This document shows positions 47,177 through 58,391 of a stretch of DNA of 64,000 nt, piece by piece; positions within the stretch are counted from its first letter, which is position 1; each line of letters starts with the position of its first letter. A program made the translations under genes and the position numbers. The DNA comes from the human T2T-CHM13v2.0 reference genome, Homo sapiens: assembly GCF_009914755.1 (NCBI RefSeq), contig NC_060933.1. One strand, 5' to 3'. The notes under the pieces were generated by a model that searched no databases, had not been told where the DNA came from, and worked only from the letters and a program-made list of their open reading frames with translations.

Positions 47177-47347
47177 CTAGGCAGAAAAGGAGCAAGGATT
47201 GACAAAAGATCTGAACAGTCAACCAGCAAAATGTGACATCCGTATAACACCCCACTCCCCAACAGCAAAACACACACATTTTTAAAGCCAATAGAAATCT
47301 ACCAAGATGAAGTACACTTGGGGCAATAAAAGAAATCACAGCAAATC

Positions 47348-48430
47348 TTGCTGTGCGCCCCTCTGCCCTGGCGCCGGCGCCGTGCCCCTCTCTGCGCCTT
47401 CTTTTCTCACCATGGGGAAGCGTTTGGGGGCCTCTTGAGGGACCCCCTAGATGCTTCTACTCAGAGCCCCCAAAGCCGGGGAGCCTCCACTCCTCTGTCT
47501 GCAGCCTCCCCTGTCGGTTCTCGCTACCCAGGGTTCAGTGGCCTGGGGGCTGATGGAGGTGGTCGCCTCTGCCAAGGACCCTCCCGGCACCTCCCTGGCT
47601 CATCCAGCCCACCTTCCTCCCACGCTGGCTCACGCAAAGTGCTCTGGTCACCAGGAGCCCTTCCTGACCAGCCCCGGCCCCTTCTTGGCCTTCGCCCACC
47701 TGGCCTCCCCTGGAGCCCTGACCTGGGTGCCGGGCCTGCTGGGTCCAGAGCCCACCCCGCCCTGAACAACCCCGAGTCTCAGCCACCCTCAGCTCTTACC
47801 CTTTCACAGCTGGGGAGTGGAGCCTGGGCCTGCGCCTCTCCGCGCCTGCGCCGCCGCTGTGCGCCTCGCCGCCGCTGTGCGCCTCTCCGCCCCTGTGCGC
47901 CTCTCCGCCGCTGTGCGCCTCTCCGCCGCTGTCCGCCTCTCCGCCGCTGTCCGCCTCTCCGCCGCTGTCCGCCTCTCCGCCGCGCCGCCGCCGACCGCCT
48001 CGCCGCCGCCGCCCGCCTCGCCGCCGCCGCCCGCCTCGCCGCCGCCGCCCGCCGCGCCGCCGCCGCCCGCCTCTCCGCCGCGCCGCCGCCGCCCGCCTCT
48101 CCGCCGCGCCGCCGCCGCCCGCCTCTCCGCCGCGCCGCCGCCGCCCGCCTCTCCGCCGCGCCGCCGCCGACCGCCTCTCCGCCGCGCCGCCGCCGACCGC
48201 CTCTCCGCCGCGCCGCCGCCGACCGCCTCTCCGCCGCTGTCCGCTTCTCCGCCACGCCGGCACCGGCGCTGTGTGCCTTTGCAAGGGCGGAGCTGCGTTC
48301 TCCTCGGCACAGACCCGGAGAGCATTGCGAGGGCGGAGCTGCGTTCTGCTCTGCATAGACCTTGGGGCACAGCCTCGCTTTGGGACAACTCGGGGCCGCA
48401 TCGACGGTGAATAAAATCCTTCCTGTTTGC
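47348..48430 (+). repeat. Interstitial TAR1 (telomere-associated repeat) CpG island
   Basis: Subtelomeric 37-bp-type units (gcaagggcggagctgcgttctcctcggcacagacccggagagcattgcgagggcggagctgcgttctgctctgc) preceded by 29-bp-related gcgcctgcgcc repeats; very CpG dense. Confidence 0.85.
47830..48250 (+). repeat. CCG-rich compound VNTR (18-bp and 26-bp units)
   Basis: gcctctccgccgctgt(g/c)c x~5 (47881-47970); gcctcgccgccgccgccc x3 (47997-48050); gcctctccgccgcgccgccgccg(c/a)cc x6 (48069-48224). Confidence 0.92.
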
Positions 48431-48925
48431 CATGTTTGTGGTTGGTGGCAGCGATGGACACTGCAGCCAGCCAGAGTGTAGAAAGGCATTGGGGTAAGTG
48501 CGCCATCCAGGCTGCACTGCTGGTGGCCTGGGACGGGTTGGGAGCCCTATCTCAGGCGTCACTGCCCGTCTTGGGTGGTTGGTTGGGTGTGCTATCTGGG
48601 GCTGTGCTGCCTGCACCGGGGGCGGGGGGCGGTTTGGGGGCTCAAACCGGGGCTGCACTGCCTTTGGCGGGGAGCCGGTTGGGGGCACTATCCCAGACTG
48701 TATTGCTGGCAACAGTGAGGTGGGTTAAGTGTGCTATCTGGGGCTGCACTGTGCGGCTGTGGGGGGGGGGTGGCGGTTTTGGGTTGAGGGCGCTATGGGC
48801 TGCTGTAATGCCCATGGTGCGGGGAGGCGGGGCGGTTAGGGTATGTTGGGTGTGCTATTTGCGGGGGGCGACACTGCTGGTGGTAGGGGGCAGGGTGGGT
48901 TGGGGGCCATATCAGGGGCTGCACT
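48431..48925 (+). repeat. Degenerate G-rich ~40-45-bp tandem repeat (ctatc..gggctgcactg..gggttggggg)
   Basis: Motif recurs about ten times and resumes at 50400-50700 after the L1. Confidence 0.65.
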
Positions 48926-50232
48926 GATTGCTTTAGCTAGGATTTCTGGTACTATGTTAAACAACAGTGGTGACAGGGGGCATCCTTATCATGTTCCAGA
49001 TCTTAGAGGAAAAGCTTTCCATTTTTCCCCATTCCATATGATTCTAGCTGTGGGTGTCTTTCCTGTAGTTTTTATTATGTTGCGGTATGTTTCTTCTGTG
49101 CCTGTTTCTTTGAGGATTTATAGCATGAAGGGATGTTGAATTTCATCACATGCTTTTTTGGTTTCAGTTGACATGATCATACGGTTTTTGTCGTTTATTT
49201 GGTTGATATGATGTATCACATTGTATGTTGAGTGACTCTTGCATTCCAGGGATACATCCCAGTTGATCATGATGAATTATCTTTTTAATGTATTACTGAA
49301 TTTGATTCACTGGTATTCTGTTGAGGATTTTTGCATCAATATTAGAGATCCTGTCCTGTAGTTTTCTTCTTTGATGCTTTTATCTGATTTTCGTATCACA
49401 GTAATAATGGTCTCATAGAATAAGTTTGGAAGTATTCCCTCCTGTTTTTCAAAATAATTTGAGCAGGATTTGTACTAGGTCTTTAAATTGTTTGGTGTGA
49501 AGCCATCAGCAGTGAAGACATCATCAGTTCCTGGGCTTTTCTTTACTGGGAGACTTTTTCTGATGGCTTCAATCTCATTACTTGTTACCAATCTGTTCTG
49601 GTCTTGGATGTTTTCATTGTTTAACCTAAGTAGGTTGTATGCATCTAGGAATTTGCCAATTTCTACTAGGCTTTCCAATTTATTGGCATATAATAGCCAG
49701 TTATGATCCTTTGAATTTCTGAAGTATTAGTTGTAATGTCTCCTTTTTTTAATCTGTTGATTTTATTTATTTGAATCTTGTCTCTTTTCTTAGGCTGGTT
49801 GAAAGTTTGTCAATTTTGTTTAGCTTTCCAGAAAACCAACTTTTCGTTTAATCTTGTGTGTTTTTTATTTCAATTTTGTTTCTGCTACGATCTTATTTAT
49901 TTTCTTATTTTCGGTTTAGTTTGTTCTTACTTTACTAGTTCTTTAAGATGTATTGTTTATTTGAAGTTTTTCTTTTGTTTGGATGGTAGGCACTTATAGC
50001 TGTAAATCTCTGCCTTTGTACTGCTTTCTGCGTAACAAGTTTTGGTATACTGTGTTTTCATTACCCTTTGTTTCATGAAATTTTTGAATTTCTGTCTTAG
50101 TATCTTCATTGACCTTTATTTATTCAGGTCATTTATTCAGGAGGGTAGTGTTTAACTTCCATGTGATTGTATTGTTTCCAAAATTACTTTTCTTATTGAT
50201 ACCTAGTTTTATTTCTTTGTAGTGAAAGAAGA
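48926..50232 (-). mobile_element. Old L1 ORF2 fragment, antisense
   Basis: T-rich; ggcatccttatcatgttccagatcttagaggaaaagctttc; antisense peptide GKFLDAYNLLRLNNE...KKSPGTD. Confidence 0.88.
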
Positions 50233-50235
50233 TTG

Positions 50236-51510
50236 CCACGGAGACAGACAGCAGCATGGTCAGTGTGGTAGGAGCCGGCCATCAGCAAGAGCTGCTCCAT
50301 GCCTGGCTGCTGGGAGCTAGAGCCTGCAGCCCACTGGCTTGCCTCACTGTAGTTGGTGGTGGCAGTGACAGAGACTGCAGCATGACCAGAGTGGTAGGAC
50401 AGGGGCTATCCAGGGCTGCACCTTTCGCAGTGTGGGGTGGGTTGGGGGCGCTATCCAGGGTGTCATTGCCTGCATTAGGGGTACTGGTTGGTAGCACTGC
50501 ACAGGGCTGCACTGCCCACAGCAGGGAGGGTGGGTTATGGGTGCTTTCTGGGGCTGCAATGCCCATGGAGGAGGACAGGTTAGGGCATATCGGGTATATG
50601 CTACTGGCGGCATTGGGGGACGGAGGTGGGGGGCGCTATTGAGGGCAGGACTAGCCGTGGAGCGGGGGCGAGTTCGGTGCTATCAGGGGCTGCACTGCTG
50701 GCGGCAGTCAACAGAGTTGGCATCCAAGGAAGGAGTGGTTCTCCTCTCCCTGACTCCACACTCCAGAGGGCGAACCACTCTTGGTCATACTGGAGTGTGG
50801 CAGGGTACGCAGCGTTTGCATGGGAATCCTGAGCATGGCAGAGCCCCCACACCCACCGTGGTTCCTGGGCCTGTGCACTCTGGGTCTGTGCCTCAGAGGC
50901 TGCCAGGCACCCCTGGGGACACCACGGGGAACAGGGCCCTGTGTGTGGAGGCATCCGGAACAGGAATTGGCACCTGGGTGCGGAGGGCTGGCTGGGTCTG
51001 AATTTTTCTGCTTCTCCTGTTCCCCGAGGAGTGCAGCCCCGGTGGGCCCAGTGGTTCCTGTGGAGTGGGGAGCTGGGTGCTGTGGTGTCTCCAGCACCCA
51101 CCCCAGACCCCAGTTCCCGGCCAGCTTGGGCCAAAAGGAGAGGCTGGACTTTGGAGGGTGGGTGTGAGTGCCTTTGCTGAAACTGGCCCCTGCCACCCAG
51201 TGGCCGGCACGACAACTTGAGGCTCTAACGCTTCCACTCCTCACAACTTCCTCTAGGCTTTTCTGGCTTTGCCCGCCCAGCTGCTCCATGCCAGGAGGAG
51301 GAGGAGACACCTAGAGCCTGCAACACCACGGCTCACCTCGCTGCGGGTGGGTGGCAGTGACGGAGACTGCAGTGCGCCAGAGCGGTAGGAGAGTGGCCAC
51401 GCTAGGAGGGCGGGCGGCTGCAGGCAGGGTTGGGAGTCAGGCTTACAGTGATGGACGGGCTGCAGCAGTGGCCAGGTAGTAGGAGCCTTGTAGGGAGGGC
51501 TGGTGCATTG
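50236..51510. repeat. REP522-like GC-rich pericentromeric/subtelomeric repeat
   Basis: cagggccctgtgtgtggaggcatccggaacaggaattggcacctgggtgcggagggctggctgggtctgaatttttctgc...; family recognised from memory. Confidence 0.55.
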
Positions 51511-51512
51511 GC

Positions 51513-54500
51513 AATGGGCCTGGCTTTGCCCTGTGCCTGCCGTGGATCTGGCCCTGTACTGCCCTGCCTTGCCCTGTACCTGCCCTACTGTTACCTGGAC
51601 TCTCAGCCCTGTCCTGCTCTGGTCCCATCCTGACCCTGTCTTGGCCCTGTGCTACCCTGTCCCTGCCCTGGTCTTGCCCTGGCACTGGCCCTGCCCTGAA
51701 CCTGCACTGGCCTGACCTTGGCTCTGGCCCTGGCTCTGGCCCTGCCCCTTGTCCTGACCCTGGTCCTGTCATGGCACTGGCCCTGCCAGTGGTCATGGTC
51801 CTGCTCCTGTTCTGGCCCTGACCTGGCCTTGGAAATGTCCTGGCTCTGCTTTGGCCCATCCCTGCCCTGGCCCCACCATGGGCCTTCCTGTTCTGCCCTC
51901 TCCTGGCACTGACCTGGCCCTGTCATGGCCCAGTGGTGCCATTGCCCTGCCTTACCCTGCGCTGGTTGTGCCTTGGCCCCGCTTGGTGCTGGCCGCTTCC
52001 TGGACCTGCCCTGGACCTGCCCTGACCCTGCCTTGGCTTTTGCCCTGCCCTCACTATGGCCTGGCCCTGGCCCTAGCCCTGGTCCTGCCATATCCCTGAC
52101 CCTGCCCTTATCCAGGCCCTGCCCCTGCTGCTGCCCTGGCCCTGGCCTGGAACCTGGTCCTGTCAAGGACCTGCCCTGACTCTGCCATGGCCCTGGCCCT
52201 GCTCTGCCTTGTTCCTGGCCCTGACCCAGACCCAGACCCTTTCCTGGCTCTGCACTGGCCTTTCCCTGGCCCTGAGCTGGCAGTGGTCTGCCCCTGGTCT
52301 TGCCATCACCCTGCCCTGCTGTGCTCTGGATGTGTCATCACCCTGCCCTGGCTCTACTCTGCCTTTGACCCTGCCCTGGCCTTGCCTTGGCCCTCACCCT
52401 AGTCTTCGCTAGGCCCAGCACAGACCTGGCTCTGACCCTGGCCCTGGTCTTTGTCCTGCCATAGCTTTGGCCCTGAAGTGGACTTGGAGGTGTCCTGGCC
52501 CCGGTGTAACATGGCTCTGCATTGGCCTGTCTCTGCCCTGCCCCTACCATCGCCTTGCCCTGCTCTGCCCTGTCCCAGTACTGACCCGGCCACGCTATTT
52601 CCCCGCCCTACCCTGCCTTGGCTGTGCCCTGGCTCGGTTCTGGCCCTGGCCCCGGCCCTGCCCTGGACATGCTCTGACACTGCCTCAGCCTTGGCACTAG
52701 CCTGGCTCATTCTTGGCATCAGCCCTGCTCTCTCTGTGGACCGGCTCTTGTCCTGTCCTGCACTGGCCATACCATGCCCTGCCCTGCCCTGCCCTGACTC
52801 AGCCCTGACTCAGCCTTGGCCTTGGCATTGCCCCTGGTCCTGCCATATTTCTTGCCCTGTCCCTACCCTAGCCTTGGCCCTGACCCTTACCTTGCTCTGG
52901 CCCTGCCCTTGCCCTAATGCAGCCCCTGGCCCTGTCATGACCCTGCCCTGGACCTGTCCTGGCCCTGGCCCTTCCCTGCTTGAGACCTTGCCCTGGTTCT
53001 CCCATGGCCCTGACCCTGAAATGCCTGGCCCTACCCTGGCCTTGCCCTGCTCTGGCCCTTGCCCTGACTCTGGTCCTGTCACTGACCTAGCCCCAGCCCT
53101 GTTGCTGGTCTTACCATGGCCCAGACCCTGCCTTGGCCCTGCCCTGACACTGTCCTGGACCCTGGCTGTGCCAAGAACCTGCACTGTCCTTGCCCTTGTT
53201 TTGCTCCTGCCCCGAACCTGGTCCTGCCCAGGCCGTTTCTATGGCCCTGGCCCTGGCCCTGCCCAGGTCTTGGCACTGGCCTGGCCCTGCCCTGCCCTGG
53301 CCCTATGCTTTCCTGGCCCTGCCTTGGCCCTAGCCTGGCTTTGACCCTGCCCTGGCCCTACCTTGGCCTTCACCCTAGCCTTACCAGAGCACTGTGTTGG
53401 ACCTGGCCATAGCACAGACCTGGTTGTGGCCCTGGCCCAGACCCTAGCCCTGCAGGTACCGGTCCTGGCCCAGCTCTGGGCCTGGCTTTGTCCCTAATTC
53501 TTAGATGACCCTGCCCCTGCCCCTGCCCTTGCCCTTGCCCTGGCACTGGCCTTGGACATGTCCGTGGTCCTAACCCTGGCCCTGCCCTGGAGCTGCCACT
53601 GTCTTGGCCCTGCCCTGGCTCTGGCCCTGCCCCGGCCCTGGCCCTGCCCCGGCCCCAGCCATAGACCTGCCCTGGTTGGTCGTGCCCTACCTTAACCCTG
53701 TGCTACCCTGGGCCTGCTCCACCCTGCCCTGGCCCTGCCCTCCCTTTGGCCCTGCCCTGACCCCGTCTTGGCCCTCACACTGGCCCTAGCACAGACCTGG
53801 TCCTATCTGTGGCCTTGGCCTGGCATTGACCCCTGCTCCTGACCCTGATCCTGCCATGGCCCTGGCCCTGCCAATGACCCTGGCAGCCCTTACCCTGGCC
53901 CTGAACTGGCCCTGCCCTGACCCTGGCCCTGAAGTGGATTTGCAGGTGTCTTGTCCATGGTTTAACCTGGTCTTACCATGGCCCTGTCCCTCCCCTGGCT
54001 CTGTCCTGGTCTTATGCTGACCCTGACCCAGACCTTGGCCCTGCCACAGCCTTGTCCTAGACCTGGCCATGGCCCTGCGTCTGCCCTGGACCGGCGCTGG
54101 CACTGGCATGGACCCTGGCCCTGGCCCTTCACTACTTAAGGCCATACCCTGGCCCAGCCCTGGCCCTAATTTGGCCTGGCTCTACCCTGGCATGCTATTC
54201 TGGCCCTAGCCCTGACCCTGTCCCTGTCCCTGTCCTGGTCCTAGCCCCGTTGCTGGTCCTGCCATGGCCCTTGTCCTGACATTGCCCTTTCCTGGTTCTG
54301 GCCCTGGCCCTGTCCCAGCCCTGCTCTGGCCCTGGTCTGAACCCTGGCCCTGCAATAGACCTGCCTTGGTCCTGCCCAGACCCTGGCTCTGGCCCTACCT
54401 CTGCCCTGGCCATACCCTTGCCCTGGCCTGGACCCCGGTCCTGGTCCTTGTCCTGCCCCAGCCGTGGCCCTGGCCCTGCCCTGCCTGTGCCCTGTTCTAT

Positions 54501-57390
54501 CCTGGGCTGGCCCTGCCATGGCCTGGTCTTGCCATTGCCCTGCCCTAGCTTGCCCTGCTTGTGCCCTAGATCTGCCCCGCTTGTGCCCTAGATCTGCCCC
54601 GGCCTTTGCCCCATCTTGGTTCTAGCCTTGACTCAGCCCTGGACCTTCCCTGACCTTGCCTCAGCCCTGGCACTACCCTGGCATTGCCTTGGCATTTGCC
54701 CTACTCTCTCTATGGCCTGGCTGTGGTCCTGCCCTGCTCTGCTCTTGTTCTGTCCTGGCACAGCCCTGGCCCTGGCCCTGGCCCTGCCGTATCACTGGCT
54801 CTGGTCCTGCCCTTATGCAGACCTGACCCTGCCACTGCCTTGGCTTTGGCCTGGACCTTGGCCATACAGTGACCCTGCCATGACATTTTCCTGGTCCTGG
54901 CCTGGAACCTGGCCCTGCCAAGGACTCGCCCTGGCTCTGTCATGGCCCTGGCCCGTTCCTGGATTTGGATGTGTCCTGTCCCTTATTTGCCCCGGCCCTT
55001 CCCTGGCTCTGCCATACCCCTTCTCTGGGGTAGGGCCAGGGTCAGGACCAGACCAGGGCAGGGTCAGGACCAGGGTAGGGCCATGTTAAGGCCTGAAGAT
55101 GGGAAGGGCCAGGGCAGCGGCTGGACCAGGGAAGGGTCAGGGCCAGGGATGTAGTAGGACTAGGGGCAGAGCCGGCACTAGGGCTGAGCCAGGGCAGAGC
55201 AGGAGAGATTACTTTAGGCTATTACTAAAATTTTTATTTTAGATTTTTAAGATAACTATAGTAGTAGTAATGTCTATACTATGTTGTTTGTAATAGTAAT
55301 AATACTTGCAGTAATCACTAAATTTTAACTAATACTATCTTTGCTTCCAGTAGTGTTCTATGAGTATAATTTTATCAACATGTAAATATGTGAGGCATTG
55401 ATTCTCATAATAATTCTATATGCTAGGTACTTAAAGCATCCCCATTTTCCAAATGTAGGAAACAGGCAAAAAGAAGGTAAATACTTGGCCAGATTACTCC
55501 TGTAATCCCAGCACTTTGGGAGGCCAAGGCAGGCAGATGGCTTGAGCTCAGGAGTTTGGAACCAGCCTGGGCAACATTGTGAAACCCCATCTCTACTAAA
55601 AATGCACAAAAAGAACTAATTTAAGTTTCTTGTAGGATTCTGGTTATAAAACACTGGTCAAACACACAGGGCATGGATAGGGCAGGGCCAGGGACAAGGT
55701 CAGGCCAGGAAGGGGCCAGGGCCAAGGCAGGGCCAGAGCTGGACTTGGAGGTGTCCTGGTCTGATTTGCCCTGCCCCAACGTTGGCCCAGCCCTGCTCTG
55801 GCACGTCCTGTCATGCCCTGTCCCTGGCCTGAGCATTGGCCCTGGCCCTGTCCTGCTTCTGGCCCTGCCCCGGAGTTGACCAGGCACTGCCATGGCCCAG
55901 TCCTGCATTGCCCTGCCCTCCTCTGCCCTGGTGCTACCATGGCCCTGCTTGGGCCCTAGCTCTGCCTCGACTCTGGACCTGCCCTGACTCTGCTCAGCCC
56001 TGGATCTACCCTGACTCTGCCTTGGTGTTGCCCTCCCATCTCTATGGCCTGGCTCTGGCCATGCCTTGCACAGACCATGCTCTGCCCTGCGTGCCCCAGC
56101 CTGGGCCCAGCCCTCATCCTACCATATTCCTGACCCCAGCCATACCCTTGTTCTCGCCATGACCCTGCCGTGGCCCTCTCCTGGCCCTTCCTTGATCCTG
56201 CCCTGCCCTTCCATGCCCTGGCCTTGCCCTCACCCTGCATTGGCCCTGCACTGGTCCTGCCCTGCCCTGGCACTGCCTTGGCCCCGGCCCTGCCTTCTTC
56301 CTGGCCTTGCCTTTGCCCTGCCCTGGCCTGACCCCAGGCCTACTGAGTCCATGAAATGGCCCTGGACCTGCCTTGCCATCCTCTGTCCTGGCCCTATATT
56401 GTCCCCACCATGCTCTGGTCCAGCGCTTGCCCTAGCCCTGTTGCTAGTCCTGCCACTGCTATGGCCCTGCTCTGTTTTTGGCCGTGCCCTGTGCTACCCT
56501 AGCCCTGCCCTGCCTTGGCCTTGGCCCTACCATGGCCTTCTCCTACCCTGGCCTTTTCTACCCTGGCCTTGCCCTTCCCTGGTATTGCCCTGCCCTGGCC
56601 TTGCCCTGCCCTGGCCTTGGCTTTGCCTTATCCTGGTCCTGGTTCTGCCCTGACCCTGGCCTTGCTCTGGATCCTCTCTGGTTCTGCTTTCTCCCTGGCC
56701 CTGCCCTTGCTCTGGCCCTGTCCCTGGACCAGCCTTGACCCTGACCCTGACAATCCCCAGGTCTGACACTGGCCATGCTTGGCCCTGGCCCCTCCTTTTG
56801 GCCCTGCCTTAGCCCTGTGCTATCTTAGTCCTGCCCTGGCCCTGAACTCACCCTGGTCCTACCCTCACCCTACACTGGCCCTGCCCTATCCTGGCCTTGC
56901 CCTGCCCTGGCCCTGCCTTTGGCCTGCTCTGGCTCTGGTTCTGCCCTGGACTTGCCCTTGCCCTGGACCCTCCCTGGCCATGTTTTTCCCATGGTCCTTC
57001 TCTGGCCTTGCCCTTGCCCTGTCCCCTTTCTGGTCCTGCCATGTTTCTGGCCCTGCCCTGTCCATGTCCTGGACCTGACTCTGGCCCTGGACCTCCCTGT
57101 CCCTGCCCTGCCATACCCTGGCCCGTTCCTTGCTCTACACTGACCCTGCCCTGCCTTGGCCCTGTGCCACCCTAGCCCTGCCCTGGCCTTCTGCTGACCC
57201 TGATCCTGCCATGGCCCTGGCCCTGCCATGTCCCTGCCCTGGCCCTGGTTCTTCCCTGCTTCTGGACCTGGCCTTGGTCCTCTCATGTCCCTGGCTGTGA
57301 CCCTGCCCCTGGTTTTTCTCTGGCCATGACCCTGCCCCAGTTCTGTCCTATCCCTGGCCCTGTCTCAGTTCTGTCCTAGCCCTGGCCTTT
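51513..57390 (-). repeat. Pericentromeric CAGGG repeat (degenerate CCCTG/GGCCCTG on +), with inverted segments and a spacer at ~55030-55760
   Basis: Hundreds of ccctg/gccctg/ggccctg units; strongly C-skewed on +. Confidence 0.88.
55496..55612 (+). mobile_element. Alu left-arm fragment
   Basis: cctgtaatcccagcactttgggaggccaaggcaggcagatggcttgagctcaggag...ctctactaaaaatgcacaaaa, with no right arm. Confidence 0.85.
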
Positions 57391-57778
57391 CACAGTACTT
57401 TATGCTTAGTAAGGGCTCCATGGTGTCTGTGAGTTGAATGTTGTGTTCATAGTATCTGCCAAAACAGAAAGAAAAAAGTAAAATATTTTGATAAGAAGTT
57501 AAAGCTTTGTATATAATATGCCTTGAATTGTAAGTGCCTGTTATTAGTTGTATTACATATGGGTCATGGCTTTGTACACGTAACTCCAAACCATTGATAC
57601 TGTTAAAAGGATATATGAATATATGAAAGAATGTATAAACGTAAGAATGTATCAGTATCTAATGACCTTTCCAAATTAATTTTTATTTTTAGCTCTATTA
57701 GATTTTTCTCAGTGTAACAAATGTTTATTCCTATGTAATTAAGGGTGTGTTTCCTGTACAGAATATTCATAATACCTA

Positions 57779-58270
<492 letters not shown>

Positions 58271-58391
58271 AATAACTGTAAGTAAATATAAATATAAAAA
58301 TGCATACATGAAAAGAAACAATTTTTAAATTTAACATCAGTGAGGGCATCCTATCCATTTCATTTCATGATTCCATTACATCATTTCACTT

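Larger units (their letters stand above)
44780..47346 (+). mobile_element. Old L1M ORF1 and start of ORF2, decayed and fragmented, cut at the TAR1 junction
   Basis: A-rich ORF1-like motifs (ttacagattcaagaagctgagcaaacc; aattctataacccatgaaactacccttcagaaatgaag) and EN-like ccttaaatgtaaatggtctaaat. Confidence 0.65.

Noticed and set aside
47348-48712. Overlapping 200-340 aa Arg/Ala/Gly/Pro ORFs
   Set aside because: They arise from a GC-rich VNTR that lacks stops in most frames; no domain similarity
48250-50700. Telomere fusion or interstitial telomere array
   Set aside because: Only isolated TTAGGG words; no tandem or head-to-head array
51430-57286. Many Pro/Ala/Leu/Trp or Gly/Gln/Arg ORFs
   Set aside because: Translations of the CAGGG repeat
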